Shown here in pieces: positions 11,301-20,420 of a DNA stretch of 64,000 bases. The stretch is from a virus (taxonomy: Duplodnaviria > Caudoviricetes), in the IMG/VR virus record IMGVR_UViG_3300037477_000009, positions 11,514 through 75,513 of that record; one strand, 5' to 3'. The notes under the pieces were generated by a model. The model had not been told where the DNA came from, did not search any database, and saw only the letters and a program-made list of their open reading frames with translations. The position numbers and the translations under genes are program-made. The stretch's first letter is position 1. Each line of letters opens with the position of its first letter.

Positions 11301-14300
11301 TAGGTATGCCGAGTTCGTTTAACTCATCCTCAGACAACTCAGTCACATCAACATACTCACCATCTCTTCCTATCACCATTGACGATATCATTCCCTCATC
11401 ATCCACTAAGGATTGTCCTAATGAAGTTGGCTGTAACCCTGTTTCGGTTATTGATCCAATATGTTCTTTTTGAGTTTCGTGATACAGGTAGTCTCCTGCT
11501 TTTTCCATAGCAGCCTGATCTCCCTTACTGAACTTCGGTTTTGCTTGTTGAGTAGAAGAAAATAATTCAGCAGCAAGTTTTGCAGCGTTCTCAATTATTG
11601 GTTTTGATTTATCATACTCAACACCACTTTCTTTTTGTTTTGAAAGCCAGCCGAACATTGCATTAAAGAGATCACGCATCAGGTCAACGAAACTGGTTGC
11701 CTTTGAATCACGAATCGCTTTACTTGTTTTGCGGATGTCATCCAGGTTATCAGCAAATACATCACTGGCATACTCACGAAACTTTGGATTGATATTCAGT
11801 TCTGCCATGAACTCACTGAAATTATCCAAGCCTTGATTAAGGTCTGATCTATGCAGGAAGCCTGGCTTACCTTTCTTCGCAGCGATGTACTCATACATAT
11901 CTTGCAGTGCATTGTATGCAGTAGTTCCTTTTGCTTTCTCTGCTGCTGCACTATCAATGGTAAGGAAGTGCCTGAACTCATGCATCCCATTGTAGTACGA
12001 ATCACCAATGTCCTGCACTTGCAGCAGACCACCTTTCTTACCACCGAGTGGATGATATAGTCCACCATACTCACCGCCTGGTACTTTCTCCAGATCGGCA
12101 TACGCATCAAGTCTTATGATATTAAAGTTCGGATCAGCCTTGATCATCTTCAGCATATCGGTATACTCACCATCGTGCGCTATAAGTTTATCGATGAAGT
12201 CTGTTGCAGTATCACCTTCCTTAACACCAAGTTGTTTCAGTGTTGCTGGCTTACTACTTAAACTGAACTTTGCCTTTGCCTCTTTTTCTTTCTTCGTCAT
12301 TTTCGCTTCCTTCTTTGCATCATCTTCTTCCTGGCCTTCATACTTTGCATCTGAATCGATGTGATCTGCAAACCGGATCACCTTAGAATTACTAATGGTC
12401 GGGAACACTTTCATAAAGTCCTTGCGCTTCACGATCTCATTTGTTTCCAGATCAACTGTGTGTGCCTTCCAGTTCAATCTGTCTTGCAGTATATGTAACC
12501 TAACCTTCGCATTCTTATCAGTGCCACGAATTACCCATTCGTATGAATCATGCTGGCCAGGTATCTTGATGTGTTCAACAGGTGAGTCAAGTTCAAGCAC
12601 TGCGTACACTTGCTGCGATTCTGTATTGCGTAGCAGTGGCTCATTGAGTACAGCAGCAAAACCTTCCCGTAATTTTGTTGCTGACAATCCGCCGCTTTTT
12701 AATTTGGTATCACCAACCTCTTCAAAGAAGGCAACCATTTGGAGTGCCGCCTCTTCATCAGTTACGGCTTCGGCTATTTGATCAAATATGTAATCATTCA
12801 CTTCTGTGCGCTCCGGAAACGTGCTTACATTCAGATCATACCAACTTTCCATAATAGTATGCATCTCTTCCAATGGTGTGCTGGCAGGTATCACTGGTAA
12901 GTTCTTTGGCTCTTTAATGGCTTTCACCAATCCTTCATCACTCGTTCTGCCATCATATTTTTTATCTCCAGCCTCCGCAAGTCTTTTTCCAGCAGCCTTG
13001 CGATCATCTCTCAATTGATTTAATGCTCTGCTTATCGATGTCACTACTTGCTTTTCTGACAAGTGCATCTTCTCATCAAATGCTTTTGATGTTAAGATGC
13101 GAAGCATACCTGTTGATCCTGCCGAAGAGTTTAATACTTTATGCGTAGTTGCTGATACCAGTGCCATCCTTACTGTACCATTTTCGCTTTCGCCTCTCTT
13201 CTTACTCAACTTCATTTGTGCATTAAGAAGATTTGCAAATTGCGCTGCTGCTGATTCAGTTGTTGCTGCCCAAAAATTTCCTTCAGGATGGAACTTGATC
13301 ACATAAAATATTCCACCACTTCCTTCCATCAACACTTCACCATTCTTAAGCAACCTTCCAGTGAATGCATGATCAGGCATTGTAAGCACTGCTGTCTTGC
13401 TTGCAAAATTTGACAGTGTTTTATCTTCAGTTACAAATCCATCCTTTTTTAACTGAGCAAATTCTTCAGAGTCCTTCGCCAACTCATATGTCAATCCATG
13501 TGCAGGATCATGCACATTATCAATTGAGAATTTACCTCTTGGCTTTCCGTTTGATCCAAGTAGCGCAGGTGCAAATGCGATCTGCCTTCCATTGTGAATA
13601 GCATCAGAAAACTTTTGTGCTATTTCATAGATGCCATCATTTTCGCTGAACTCAATATTCGTAGGCAACCTGAACTTCAAGCCTGTCATCCCAATGATCC
13701 TGTTGATCAGGTCTTTTATTTTATTAACAGTAGACTTTGATAGTTTGTCGAGATTGATCTCACGATTTCCAACAAGTGCCAGGAACTGAACAACAGTTTC
13801 TTCATGCACCTTTGCTTCACCCTGATCTTCATATTTCAATCCATGCCTTATCGCTTCTTCAATGCCTGGTACATCATCAAGCATCTTAACTACATCCTCA
13901 TACATTCCCTTGATAATCTCAGGTGAATCTTTTGTGAGTGCAGTGAGAAGCGGATGTGCGCCTTCATGGAATATTGTTTCACTGGTTGCTTTTGTTAGAT
14001 TGATGTGTATTTGATTCGTGCCATCTTTACTAATGTAAAATCCCTGAGACAGTGATTCTTCTTTTGTACCATCGGCCTGATTCACTACACCATCCGTATA
14101 CGATGCCTGGCTGTAGTGTGCAGTCACAGTAAGATTAGGCATTCTCTTGCTCCATGCTTTTATAATACTTGCTACACCATCAAGGAATCCACCGAATACA
14201 CCACCATGCTTCTCAGCAGCCTTCCTTAGTTTGGCAATATCTTTTCCAGAGAACGTAACTGATGGCTGTGTTTTATTTGTGCCTGGAGGTTTCAACCATT

Positions 14301-17300
14301 CATCACCTGCCATTGGTGCAGATTCTTTTTCGGTTTCGGTTTCAGGCTTTTGCCATTTTTCCCTAATCTCTTTCTCTGCTTCTTCAATAGTCATCTTTCC
14401 AGAAGGATCGGTATCCGCATATGTTTCTGCTTCCGCTAATGCTTCTTTTAATGTTGGCTTCTGTAATATCTCGCTGCGAATTTGTGCAGGTGAAATCTCT
14501 TTTACTTTGCCAGATTCAGATTCTTTTTCAGTCTCCTTATCTTTTTCCTTTTGTGGCTCAGGTTTTTTTTCAGTTTCCTTCTCAGTTTCTTTTTCTGTTT
14601 CAGGTGCTTTCTCCTTCTCGGTTTCTTTCTCAGACTCCTTTTCTTTTTCAGTTTCTGTTGCAGGTGCTGGCTTTTCAACAATTGGATTTGGTACTTCCAT
14701 CTCCACTTCTCTTTCTACTTCATCATACACTTCATTGAATGCACCATCAGCAATTTCACCCATTGCATCAACGTGCATCTTTATCGCCAGGTCAAGTGCT
14801 AACTCAGGATTTTCTATAGTGATCAGCTTACCATCTCTTGTTTGTACAGTAACAGATTTCACATTTCCATTTTCATCCAGTGTAACAGGACTCTCATCGC
14901 CATCAGGTAATTTCAGATCACGATCATTGATCGCCTTCTCACCAACAGCAGCAACTTTATTTCCCTTGCCATCAATAACAAAGTAATGGCCATCCTCAAC
15001 CTTCAGGACTCCTGTTGCTTTTGTTCCATTGGGGAGAGTGACTGTGACTCTTGATCCTGTTGCTTGTTGGAGCGCAGGTTCGACTTTGATCTTAGTTTTG
15101 TTAGTACGGCCAGTTGGTACTTTTTCGGTAACCTTGCCAGTTTTAGTTGTTGTCGTAAATTCATAATTCTGTATTTTTTCTATTAGCGGTTCTATCAAGT
15201 GTGCCGCATTTGGATTTTTTTCTAACGCATCGTACAGTTCATTCTCTGCTGCTTTTAACTCATGCTCGTTTATATATTCAGCATTGTTCACTCTGTCAAC
15301 CACACCTTGTGTTGTATCGCTGACCTTGTGAGTAGGATCATACCATACCTGCCCTACTTTTGTTTTCGCACCAGGTGCTGTTGCCTGTTGTGCAGGTGCT
15401 GCTTGCGTTTTAGGTGCAGGATATTTTGAATTAATCTCATTCCACTTTTCCAACTTCGCTTCGCTATTTGCCAGTGCTTGCTTCGCCATTTCGTTACCAG
15501 GATCATGCAGCAAGGTTTCCTTCGCAAACTTTACATTGTTCTCAAAGAATTTTTTTGGATTGGCAAGAAACTCTTGCGCCTGTTTGACCTTCCACTTGGA
15601 ATCGCTATTCAAATCTTCATAATAACTATCAAAGTCAAACGCATCTTGCAGTTCTTTATCTCTTTTAGCTGCAAGCATCTCAGGTGTAACACCCTGTTCT
15701 TTTTCATCTTTGTTCGGTATTGGCATTGGTAAACGAGTGATCACTTCAGAACCTTTTTCTCTTGCTGCCTTTCTTGCTGCCCTTGCTTCCTTCAATTCTT
15801 TATCGGTCTGCTCAAGTATTTCCTGAGACTTCCCTCTCTTACCGAATGTGTGTAATTGAAAATTTCCTTTCTTATACTCATCAAGGAACTTCGGATTCTG
15901 CAATGCTGCTTCTGATTCACTCACTGATAAAACATATTGTTCGCCACTCGGATAAGTAAGAACAACATAATCACCTTTACCTTCTTTAACGAACTTCACC
16001 ATGTTGTCACCGATCTCTTTCGCTTTTTCTTCTGCTGCTTGTTTTAATCCAGGATCAGTTTGTGCTGCTGCCTGGCGAAGTGCATCTTGTTTTTGGAATG
16101 CCATTGAAGCATAGACTTTTTGCTGACCAGGTGTAAGTCCATATTTTTTCCCATTGGTTATTAATTGCTCTGAATGCTTCAGTGTGGCGGCCATTGATTC
16201 TGCTTCCTCCTGATTGATCACGCCACCACCAAACAGATGTGCAACGTATGCCTCTGCAAATGATTTTCCTCTGCGCTGCATGATGTCGAATACGAATTGA
16301 TCTCTCTGACCAGGCGCAACATTTTTGAAATCATTCTTCAGCATAAATGTTTTCACCTGCTTCTCAGTTTCCGCTTCCTCTCTCATGTGAGTCATCAAGT
16401 GACCACCACTTCCCATTAAAAACATTGGTGCAATATTCATCAGTGTGTGTTCTGCCCGATCCCAAGTCATAAGTTTGTAACCTTCCTGATATGGCTGGTC
16501 ATTTCTTATTGCTTGTTCAAATACATCCTGATGAAACTCTTGCGGAAACTCACCGACTAGTTCTTCTATACCACCCCAAAACAATCTCTTTCCAAGTGAT
16601 CCGGTAGTTAATCTGGCTGCTCTTGCTGATATATTTGCAATCTGTTCTGCTTTTAAAAATGGTGCGCCTTCAAGCATATATGCCCACATCAAATTAACCT
16701 GGCTATCGAATGTTCGCTTACCTGCTCTGTTTGCTTTTAATGCATCACCGCCACTCTCAGCGAAAATATCATCACGCATTCTTACTGCCATGTCACCTGT
16801 CTCCACCATCCATGCTGTAAGACCACCAGCTACTGCTGTCAACGCTGCTGGCGCACCCATACCACCAGTAGCGAATGTTACTGCTGCCGTTGCTGCCATA
16901 CTTGGTAGCATAAAGCCTGCGATATTACCTGTTGCCTTTGCGAGTTTATTCAGATCAAGATAATCTCTCCAGGAATTCAATTCAGTCCTACCAGTCTGAA
17001 TTGAATTCGCAAAATAATCTGCTGCCACTACACCAGTATCAAAATTTAAATTTGATGACCATGATCTTACAACACCAGCCATTGACTTGGCTGTTTGCCT
17101 GAATAAGTTTAGTGAAGGATTATAGGCAACACTATCCAATGCGTCTCTGAAATCCTTACCACCTGTATCAACATCTTTTAATGCCTGGCCATACACCTTC
17201 TGTATTTTTGCTTGCAGTTCAGGACTCGGCTGGAACTTATATTTTTTTTGCGCCTCTGCTAATTCTGCCCTTCCCACCTTTTCGATCTGTGCTGCTTGCA

Positions 17301-18648
17301 ATCTATACTTCGCATTATACTTTGTATTGATCTCATTTTGTTTGTGCAAGAGTTGATTGTTCAGTGCATCGAGTTGAGCATTTGTATTTTTATACAACGC
17401 TTCCGCTTGCTCTTTACTCGTTACAAGTTTTGCCGCTTGCTGGTAATCTGATTTTATTTTACTGGCCGTATCGGTTAATGTTTGATGAAATGCTGTGCCT
17501 TCCGCATTCGCTTGCTTGGCGAGTTCAGTAGATACAACATTGGCTTTTATTACCGCCTTCTGTCTTATTTCCTCACCTTCTTTAAATCCTGCATTGTACT
17601 CCGCATCACGCTCTTCTTCCATCGTCTTTCCATAGGTCTTAGTGTATATCTCATCAAATTTTTTATTAACCTCTGGCTGAATAATTTTAAACGCAACTGT
17701 TGCCATTGCTTCATTATACAGAAGTGTCTTATATGTTCCTTCATCACTCAGTCCATATTTCTTGGCTTGCGCTTTTGCGTATTCACTTATCTTGAATTCA
17801 TCAGGCACTCTATGAACTCCTTCTGCGATCCTTGTATACGCATTGAAATATTCTCCAATCGGCTCAAGGTCTTTTTTCACTGTTTCGTGAACAGCCTCTC
17901 TTGCATCATCTGCCTTCTTTACTTTCGCAGCATCCTTCGCTACTCGTTCAGCCTTACGTCTCTGCTGCTCCTGTATGTATGCGTTCCTGTCAACCTTGAT
18001 TGAACTTCCAAAACCTGCGCCTCCATCCGGAGGTAAATTTGTCTCTCCTTTGGAAACAGAAATATATTTATCAGTTTGTTTCTGCGCCCATTTTATATTG
18101 CGATCATAATCGATCACACCCTGTTCACCGCTAGTTATATTTCCATCTACATCACGCTCCGGTGTGAGTCCTTCCATCTGCGCTTTCTCATACTGCGCTG
18201 GCTTAAGATCAATTTCTTCTTTTGGTTGCACTACTGGTTTGGTAGGCATACTCACCATCTTACCTGATGGAGATGGTTGCTGCTTACCCGAAAGAATAGT
18301 AGTCATATAATCATGCTCAAACGGATCAGTTGTTGTTGCCAACTGTGGTTGCGCAACTTGTGCAGGTGCTTTTGTTTTTTGCGCTGGCACTACTGCTGGT
18401 GTTGCTATTGGTGGCTGTGTCTCGGCAGGTGGTTTTGGTGTGACATTGTTATTCATCCAATCCTTCCCCATCTTTCTTTCAACAGCACGATCAAGAGTAT
18501 ATCCCTGATCGCTCACCAGTGCATTCACAACTTTCAATCGCTTCAATGCTTCGCCATCGCCTTTGAGTTGTGTATACTTTTTTAGCAGCACACCATCATC
18601 TGCGCCTTTATTCATCTCTGCCAACAATTTTTCTAACCAGTCATTCAT
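5380..18648 (-). CDS. Giant (4422 aa) polyvalent virion/ejection protein: two zincin HExxH peptidase domains, ADP-ribosyltransferase-like domain, GNAT domain, LPD-type domain
   Basis: HEGAH (13954-13968); HEFRH (11968-11982); YLYHET...GLQP...TYV...LLRFP ART-like segment; TLSRIEVPKSDRGTGVGT...FYKRFGF GNAT motif; FYSPLEQ...FLEEVQSDW LPD-like segment; E/K/T-rich linker near 14510-14680. Confidence 0.8.
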   Translation of the reverse strand: MNDWLEKLLAEMNKGADDGVLLKKYTQLKGDGEALKRLKVVNALVSDQGYTLDRAVERKMGKDWMNNNVTPKPPAETQPPIATPAVVPAQKTKAPAQVAQPQLATTTDPFEHDYMTTILSGKQQPSPSGKMVSMPTKPVVQPKEEIDLKPAQYEKAQMEGLTPERDVDGNITSGEQGVIDYDRNIKWAQKQTDKYISVSKGETNLPPDGGAGFGSSIKVDRNAYIQEQQRRKAERVAKDAAKVKKADDAREAVHETVKKDLEPIGEYFNAYTRIAEGVHRVPDEFKISEYAKAQAKKYGLSDEGTYKTLLYNEAMATVAFKIIQPEVNKKFDEIYTKTYGKTMEEERDAEYNAGFKEGEEIRQKAVIKANVVSTELAKQANAEGTAFHQTLTDTASKIKSDYQQAAKLVTSKEQAEALYKNTNAQLDALNNQLLHKQNEINTKYNAKYRLQAAQIEKVGRAELAEAQKKYKFQPSPELQAKIQKVYGQALKDVDTGGKDFRDALDSVAYNPSLNLFRQTAKSMAGVVRSWSSNLNFDTGVVAADYFANSIQTGRTELNSWRDYLDLNKLAKATGNIAGFMLPSMAATAAVTFATGGMGAPAALTAVAGGLTAWMVETGDMAVRMRDDIFAESGGDALKANRAGKRTFDSQVNLMWAYMLEGAPFLKAEQIANISARAARLTTGSLGKRLFWGGIEELVGEFPQEFHQDVFEQAIRNDQPYQEGYKLMTWDRAEHTLMNIAPMFLMGSGGHLMTHMREEAETEKQVKTFMLKNDFKNVAPGQRDQFVFDIMQRRGKSFAEAYVAHLFGGGVINQEEAESMAATLKHSEQLITNGKKYGLTPGQQKVYASMAFQKQDALRQAAAQTDPGLKQAAEEKAKEIGDNMVKFVKEGKGDYVVLTYPSGEQYVLSVSESEAALQNPKFLDEYKKGNFQLHTFGKRGKSQEILEQTDKELKEARAARKAAREKGSEVITRLPMPIPNKDEKEQGVTPEMLAAKRDKELQDAFDFDSYYEDLNSDSKWKVKQAQEFLANPKKFFENNVKFAKETLLHDPGNEMAKQALANSEAKLEKWNEINSKYPAPKTQAAPAQQATAPGAKTKVGQVWYDPTHKVSDTTQGVVDRVNNAEYINEHELKAAENELYDALEKNPNAAHLIEPLIEKIQNYEFTTTTKTGKVTEKVPTGRTNKTKIKVEPALQQATGSRVTVTLPNGTKATGVLKVEDGHYFVIDGKGNKVAAVGEKAINDRDLKLPDGDESPVTLDENGNVKSVTVQTRDGKLITIENPELALDLAIKMHVDAMGEIADGAFNEVYDEVEREVEMEVPNPIVEKPAPATETEKEKESEKETEKEKAPETEKETEKETEKKPEPQKEKDKETEKESESGKVKEISPAQIRSEILQKPTLKEALAEAETYADTDPSGKMTIEEAEKEIREKWQKPETETEKESAPMAGDEWLKPPGTNKTQPSVTFSGKDIAKLRKAAEKHGGVFGGFLDGVASIIKAWSKRMPNLTVTAHYSQASYTDGVVNQADGTKEESLSQGFYISKDGTNQIHINLTKATSETIFHEGAHPLLTALTKDSPEIIKGMYEDVVKMLDDVPGIEEAIRHGLKYEDQGEAKVHEETVVQFLALVGNREINLDKLSKSTVNKIKDLINRIIGMTGLKFRLPTNIEFSENDGIYEIAQKFSDAIHNGRQIAFAPALLGSNGKPRGKFSIDNVHDPAHGLTYELAKDSEEFAQLKKDGFVTEDKTLSNFASKTAVLTMPDHAFTGRLLKNGEVLMEGSGGIFYVIKFHPEGNFWAATTESAAAQFANLLNAQMKLSKKRGESENGTVRMALVSATTHKVLNSSAGSTGMLRILTSKAFDEKMHLSEKQVVTSISRALNQLRDDRKAAGKRLAEAGDKKYDGRTSDEGLVKAIKEPKNLPVIPASTPLEEMHTIMESWYDLNVSTFPERTEVNDYIFDQIAEAVTDEEAALQMVAFFEEVGDTKLKSGGLSATKLREGFAAVLNEPLLRNTESQQVYAVLELDSPVEHIKIPGQHDSYEWVIRGTDKNAKVRLHILQDRLNWKAHTVDLETNEIVKRKDFMKVFPTISNSKVIRFADHIDSDAKYEGQEEDDAKKEAKMTKKEKEAKAKFSLSSKPATLKQLGVKEGDTATDFIDKLIAHDGEYTDMLKMIKADPNFNIIRLDAYADLEKVPGGEYGGLYHPLGGKKGGLLQVQDIGDSYYNGMHEFRHFLTIDSAAAEKAKGTTAYNALQDMYEYIAAKKGKPGFLHRSDLNQGLDNFSEFMAELNINPKFREYASDVFADNLDDIRKTSKAIRDSKATSFVDLMRDLFNAMFGWLSKQKESGVEYDKSKPIIENAAKLAAELFSSTQQAKPKFSKGDQAAMEKAGDYLYHETQKEHIGSITETGLQPTSLGQSLVDDEGMISSMVIGRDGEYVDVTELSEDELNELGIPIEDVSGRTYVMSEEPKSSKYGDVLLRFPSSEVSGTEADVDDFIRETINPAKIEIKTSEGWKPLVESKGKYSKGESPSEFSKSLEAEHGIIVDLIGSLDKGDLTLSRIEVPKSDRGTGVGTAAMQDITEYADENNKRIVATPSTDFGGTSVARLTEFYKRFGFVENKGKNKDFSTKESMYREPVSQAKFSKGEAAPGKSIMADVVNGFYSPLEQTLLESKVDKQPVKHWMEKLGNKEEAKWTGLTAWLSAQQGSVTRDEIRKFLKENPITIKEKELSDLEMPSVQNEREALAAFDAGFTLIDDDGDAINSRLQIETGAINYPASINDTDTNTHYSQYQLPGEKEDYKEILVTLPVKPSLTNEEGTRMQDLLNIPTTRRTVAEDKELKALMEKEEEGDKLQYRPPHFRGEPNLVLHLRMSTRTDANGKKILFLEEVQSDWAQSGRKEGFLKPKVKKTAEEKAAINEKIEELWKAERKAEGVVNKMMREIRETGKVTNIASELKAGNKELQVAHDKMYQTRDRRLAFVNQLREDEKPTSQIVPAPYVTETSHWVKLALKIALKEAVKQGVDKLAWTTGTQQFNRWGSEEIHWNTRMKPKGYKIKVKEGVEAPRSARGTRHRDLGWYDREVTESDIKRIAAEWKIKPEDIEVSPAPGEWTVAINEQTDADAFEGNEDALRTNRLEEEGIRITTRDELFEAVDRNLSRSHNTDELNKLTDRIWKRMQTEDEGTSLPRKEGMEGFYGVPAEGKPGMLGGAASKLVGQETGTTEIQLGGKLNVYETAPDGYGRNWVIAKMNGQVQGRFKSKAEAMDAMRTVYNNNSRQHSINITADVIAQVQSGQAKFSKGGGVRDAVLQQKLNDIRAKVKGQLQGTGASNAKKVDAVKEEIHKEITAMLKDAEDRKVFTGVVKANLLKTVVSKLNDVRSPYSMLKYTDYLEKVLDDVEYDKHLQGANAYKKKIRSTIKNRKDRNSATTNQVIQDFLRISPSNVEDIYQYNDLAARILGVAEGVKVSRSGVKNPFLNISLAEITNYTNEQLKIADKAAAARLADMYADLVTAGKINPTLMSAAEMQKVIDSLEKGTDAEIKQAQEDLEDDWFNKMNALRSVAEYAQMGVQEYSNSNPDLTKEEQEIMNRYLRMDLEKLSATELAKVIDAMNNIAVNENFVGSGELSIISSVNDAIKETQKHWKDNKVSFGDLSGRFLRNVKHFASTQLIHEFITRSSKAAAFFQRMSGVFDINSGHAKSKVLTINTVKEYEKLKKGMKNADSAMNRYRRGVYADVMNNFGGTEEEVLAEFERRKGWIEESAKRLRESEPQFKKDILEGIVLQRVVDTLFKDAKTPADVTANMKRIEPHNIKLVEFWQNAFMKRKHLVQENTELYNNRIWENVENYTATSLKGYNGEKGVEENRDRDDFAAAYMSKGVRSQPAGTKIAKVRLQNLPKGNVLNLDFDNVQSKLFYETNYDVETSKAIVHFKKFIANPEVADLFGGRYNRNVVLDGVKKMVQLQRGRMPMVDEQGSSIAKTLNAAQAKATRMSLGSVLQWIWQYVSVGAGTQFNMGTDVGLFYKALLMSNKLELFDQFGIGLRGGTEAGYKRKVDTGEIDRSVLAGNAMSVYKAAIRLGEKMHDATMKSLVKADVSIARTSWLAYYMQSLKKQGVNLDTVNWQTEHLNANQEAAAYAEQMVSRSQNVNDSSNLGSILRDSGNGWKKIMTNIMLPFSSFNVNMRVRMTNDMQKILHWEHPKEAALSLAATVAEQLTFNGIKIFVTGWLSTLAANAVAKMLGYKDEDDDDDEVTITIAGKEVKTTKKMKKWMSSTFSDFFFGGMGTLTQTGFQEGMNAIYGLIATEQYASGTIKEFPNLYFSPKLSDKDVWDDAGLYAILPNKIVDVLSNGRMITTGKIDEVTKGGLHPETERVELTDEEKHMHQLIFWIDTLGWFGVGDSYINQFNNKLKIIAHEKDLKKHGGDEFTITTKAER

Positions 18649-18659
18649 GTGATCCGTTT

Positions 18660-20411
18660 TTAATCTTCATAATGATTTTGAAGCATTGTGTCAAACTGCT
18701 CCTGGCTTATTACGAAATCATCTTTGCGTTTTCCTTCCGATGTATAATGAACTTTATATTTTCCGTTTTTCAAATGCTCGACAAGATTCACTTGCACCTT
18801 CGTCATCTTCGGACTCTTTTCTGTTCCTATGTTCAATCCGAAATAATCATCCATGTATGGTTGCAGTTGCGCTACCTTACCTGTCTTTTTAAAATCGTCA
18901 TACGCATCTTCATATGCGATCCGGTAACCTTCAGACTTCGCCTCTGGATTCTCACCAGGAAACATCTCCTGGTATAATTCATTAAACACTTCCATTGGCA
19001 TACCATTGGCCGTTACTCTTTTTGCAAGCCAGTCATAACGCTTCTCTGGCTTGATCATAACTTTTTTATCTCCGGCATTCTCCTGGTAATACATCTGTTT
19101 ATTGTTTTTATTTATGTATACTCCATGAAGTGCCTGTGTGGATGCGCCACCTTTCTCACCCTGCTCTTTCATTGACATCATATTACCACCAGGAAAATAT
19201 TGATCAATCTTCGCAAACCCATCTTTGTCGTATGCAGAAGCAGGTGGCTCTAATTTTCCTGATCCGTATTGCATGAATGCATAACCAGCAGTGGCTTTTG
19301 CTTTTTTCAACATCGATGCTTTCTCTTTTTCTTCAGGCGAGTTTACAGTTACATGAATACCTGGTGTGGCTTGCAGACTTGTATCAACTACTCTCGCAAC
19401 TTTACTACCAACTGCTTTTTTCTCCAGCAGATCGAGTGCCACAGCCTTCATCTTCTGTTGACCTTCTGCTGTGGATTCATCAATTGGCTTTCCACCATTC
19501 CTTATTCTTGTTTCAACGATCAGTGCGGCTTTGGTGCGTGGATCAGAGAAGTATTGATTGTACGCTTCATCACTAACTGTTTTAACTGTTTTGGTCTTAT
19601 CAGTTAAATCTTCTTCCTCCTGAAACTTGAATCGCAACTTCGGTGACATATTACCACGATCATCTTTATCAAAATAAGTTTCCTGCCCAAGCAACATATC
19701 TACCGAATACTGCTCCTTCCTTCTCTTCATTTGCTTTCCCTTCACATCGTAATCCGCATATGAATCGACAACCTTGTTTGTTAATTTTTGTTTCGCCATG
19801 TAATCCTCCAGGTCTTTATGAACTACCTGTAAATCCTTACCCATCTTCACAAAGCGTTCAGGATTTTTGGCGATCACCTCATACACACTCATTGGTTTTA
19901 TATCATCAGGATTTCTCATTGAATGAGTTCCTTTCTCTTCATCGTAATTCTCAAATGATCCACGATACATTGCCCTCTTCACCTTATCCATGTCCAGGCT
20001 CTCTGATCCACCGAATGCTTTCAAATCTTCATCAATCACTTTCACTGCATTCTTTGTTATGTTTGAATACTTACCGATCTCCATCATACCAGGTCTTACC
20101 CTGCTTTGTATTTCTGCTGTTGAGTATCCTGCTTTTTTCATTGCAGCAGCAGACTGAACAATTCCCTGCAAACCCAAATCGATTTGCTGATCCTGTCCTG
20201 CTATACCTGTATACAGTTTACTTGGATCACTTATCTTATCCATGAAGTCCTCATACTGCGCACGATCCTTACGTTGCAGATCAGCTTGCTCTAATGCCAT
20301 CTGTCTTGCCATCAGTTCTTTCTTCTCATTCTTTGCAGCACCTTGTTGCCATATCTGCAATGAAGTAGTATCCTGCGGAAGTACACCTGGTGCTGTTGAT
20401 TGTCCTGGCAT
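18660..20411 (-). CDS. Putative internal virion (ejection) protein
   Basis: 583 aa, helical, K/D/E-rich; between pilot-like gene and giant protein. Confidence 0.55.
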   Translation of the reverse strand: MPGQSTAPGVLPQDTTSLQIWQQGAAKNEKKELMARQMALEQADLQRKDRAQYEDFMDKISDPSKLYTGIAGQDQQIDLGLQGIVQSAAAMKKAGYSTAEIQSRVRPGMMEIGKYSNITKNAVKVIDEDLKAFGGSESLDMDKVKRAMYRGSFENYDEEKGTHSMRNPDDIKPMSVYEVIAKNPERFVKMGKDLQVVHKDLEDYMAKQKLTNKVVDSYADYDVKGKQMKRRKEQYSVDMLLGQETYFDKDDRGNMSPKLRFKFQEEEDLTDKTKTVKTVSDEAYNQYFSDPRTKAALIVETRIRNGGKPIDESTAEGQQKMKAVALDLLEKKAVGSKVARVVDTSLQATPGIHVTVNSPEEKEKASMLKKAKATAGYAFMQYGSGKLEPPASAYDKDGFAKIDQYFPGGNMMSMKEQGEKGGASTQALHGVYINKNNKQMYYQENAGDKKVMIKPEKRYDWLAKRVTANGMPMEVFNELYQEMFPGENPEAKSEGYRIAYEDAYDDFKKTGKVAQLQPYMDDYFGLNIGTEKSPKMTKVQVNLVEHLKNGKYKVHYTSEGKRKDDFVISQEQFDTMLQNHYED

Positions 20412-20420
20412 TTTATCTTA

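Noticed and set aside
14510-14680. E/K/T-rich repeat in the giant protein as a possible VNTR or contingency locus
   Set aside because: An imperfect low-complexity linker in frame; no exact tandem unit or phase-variation signature.
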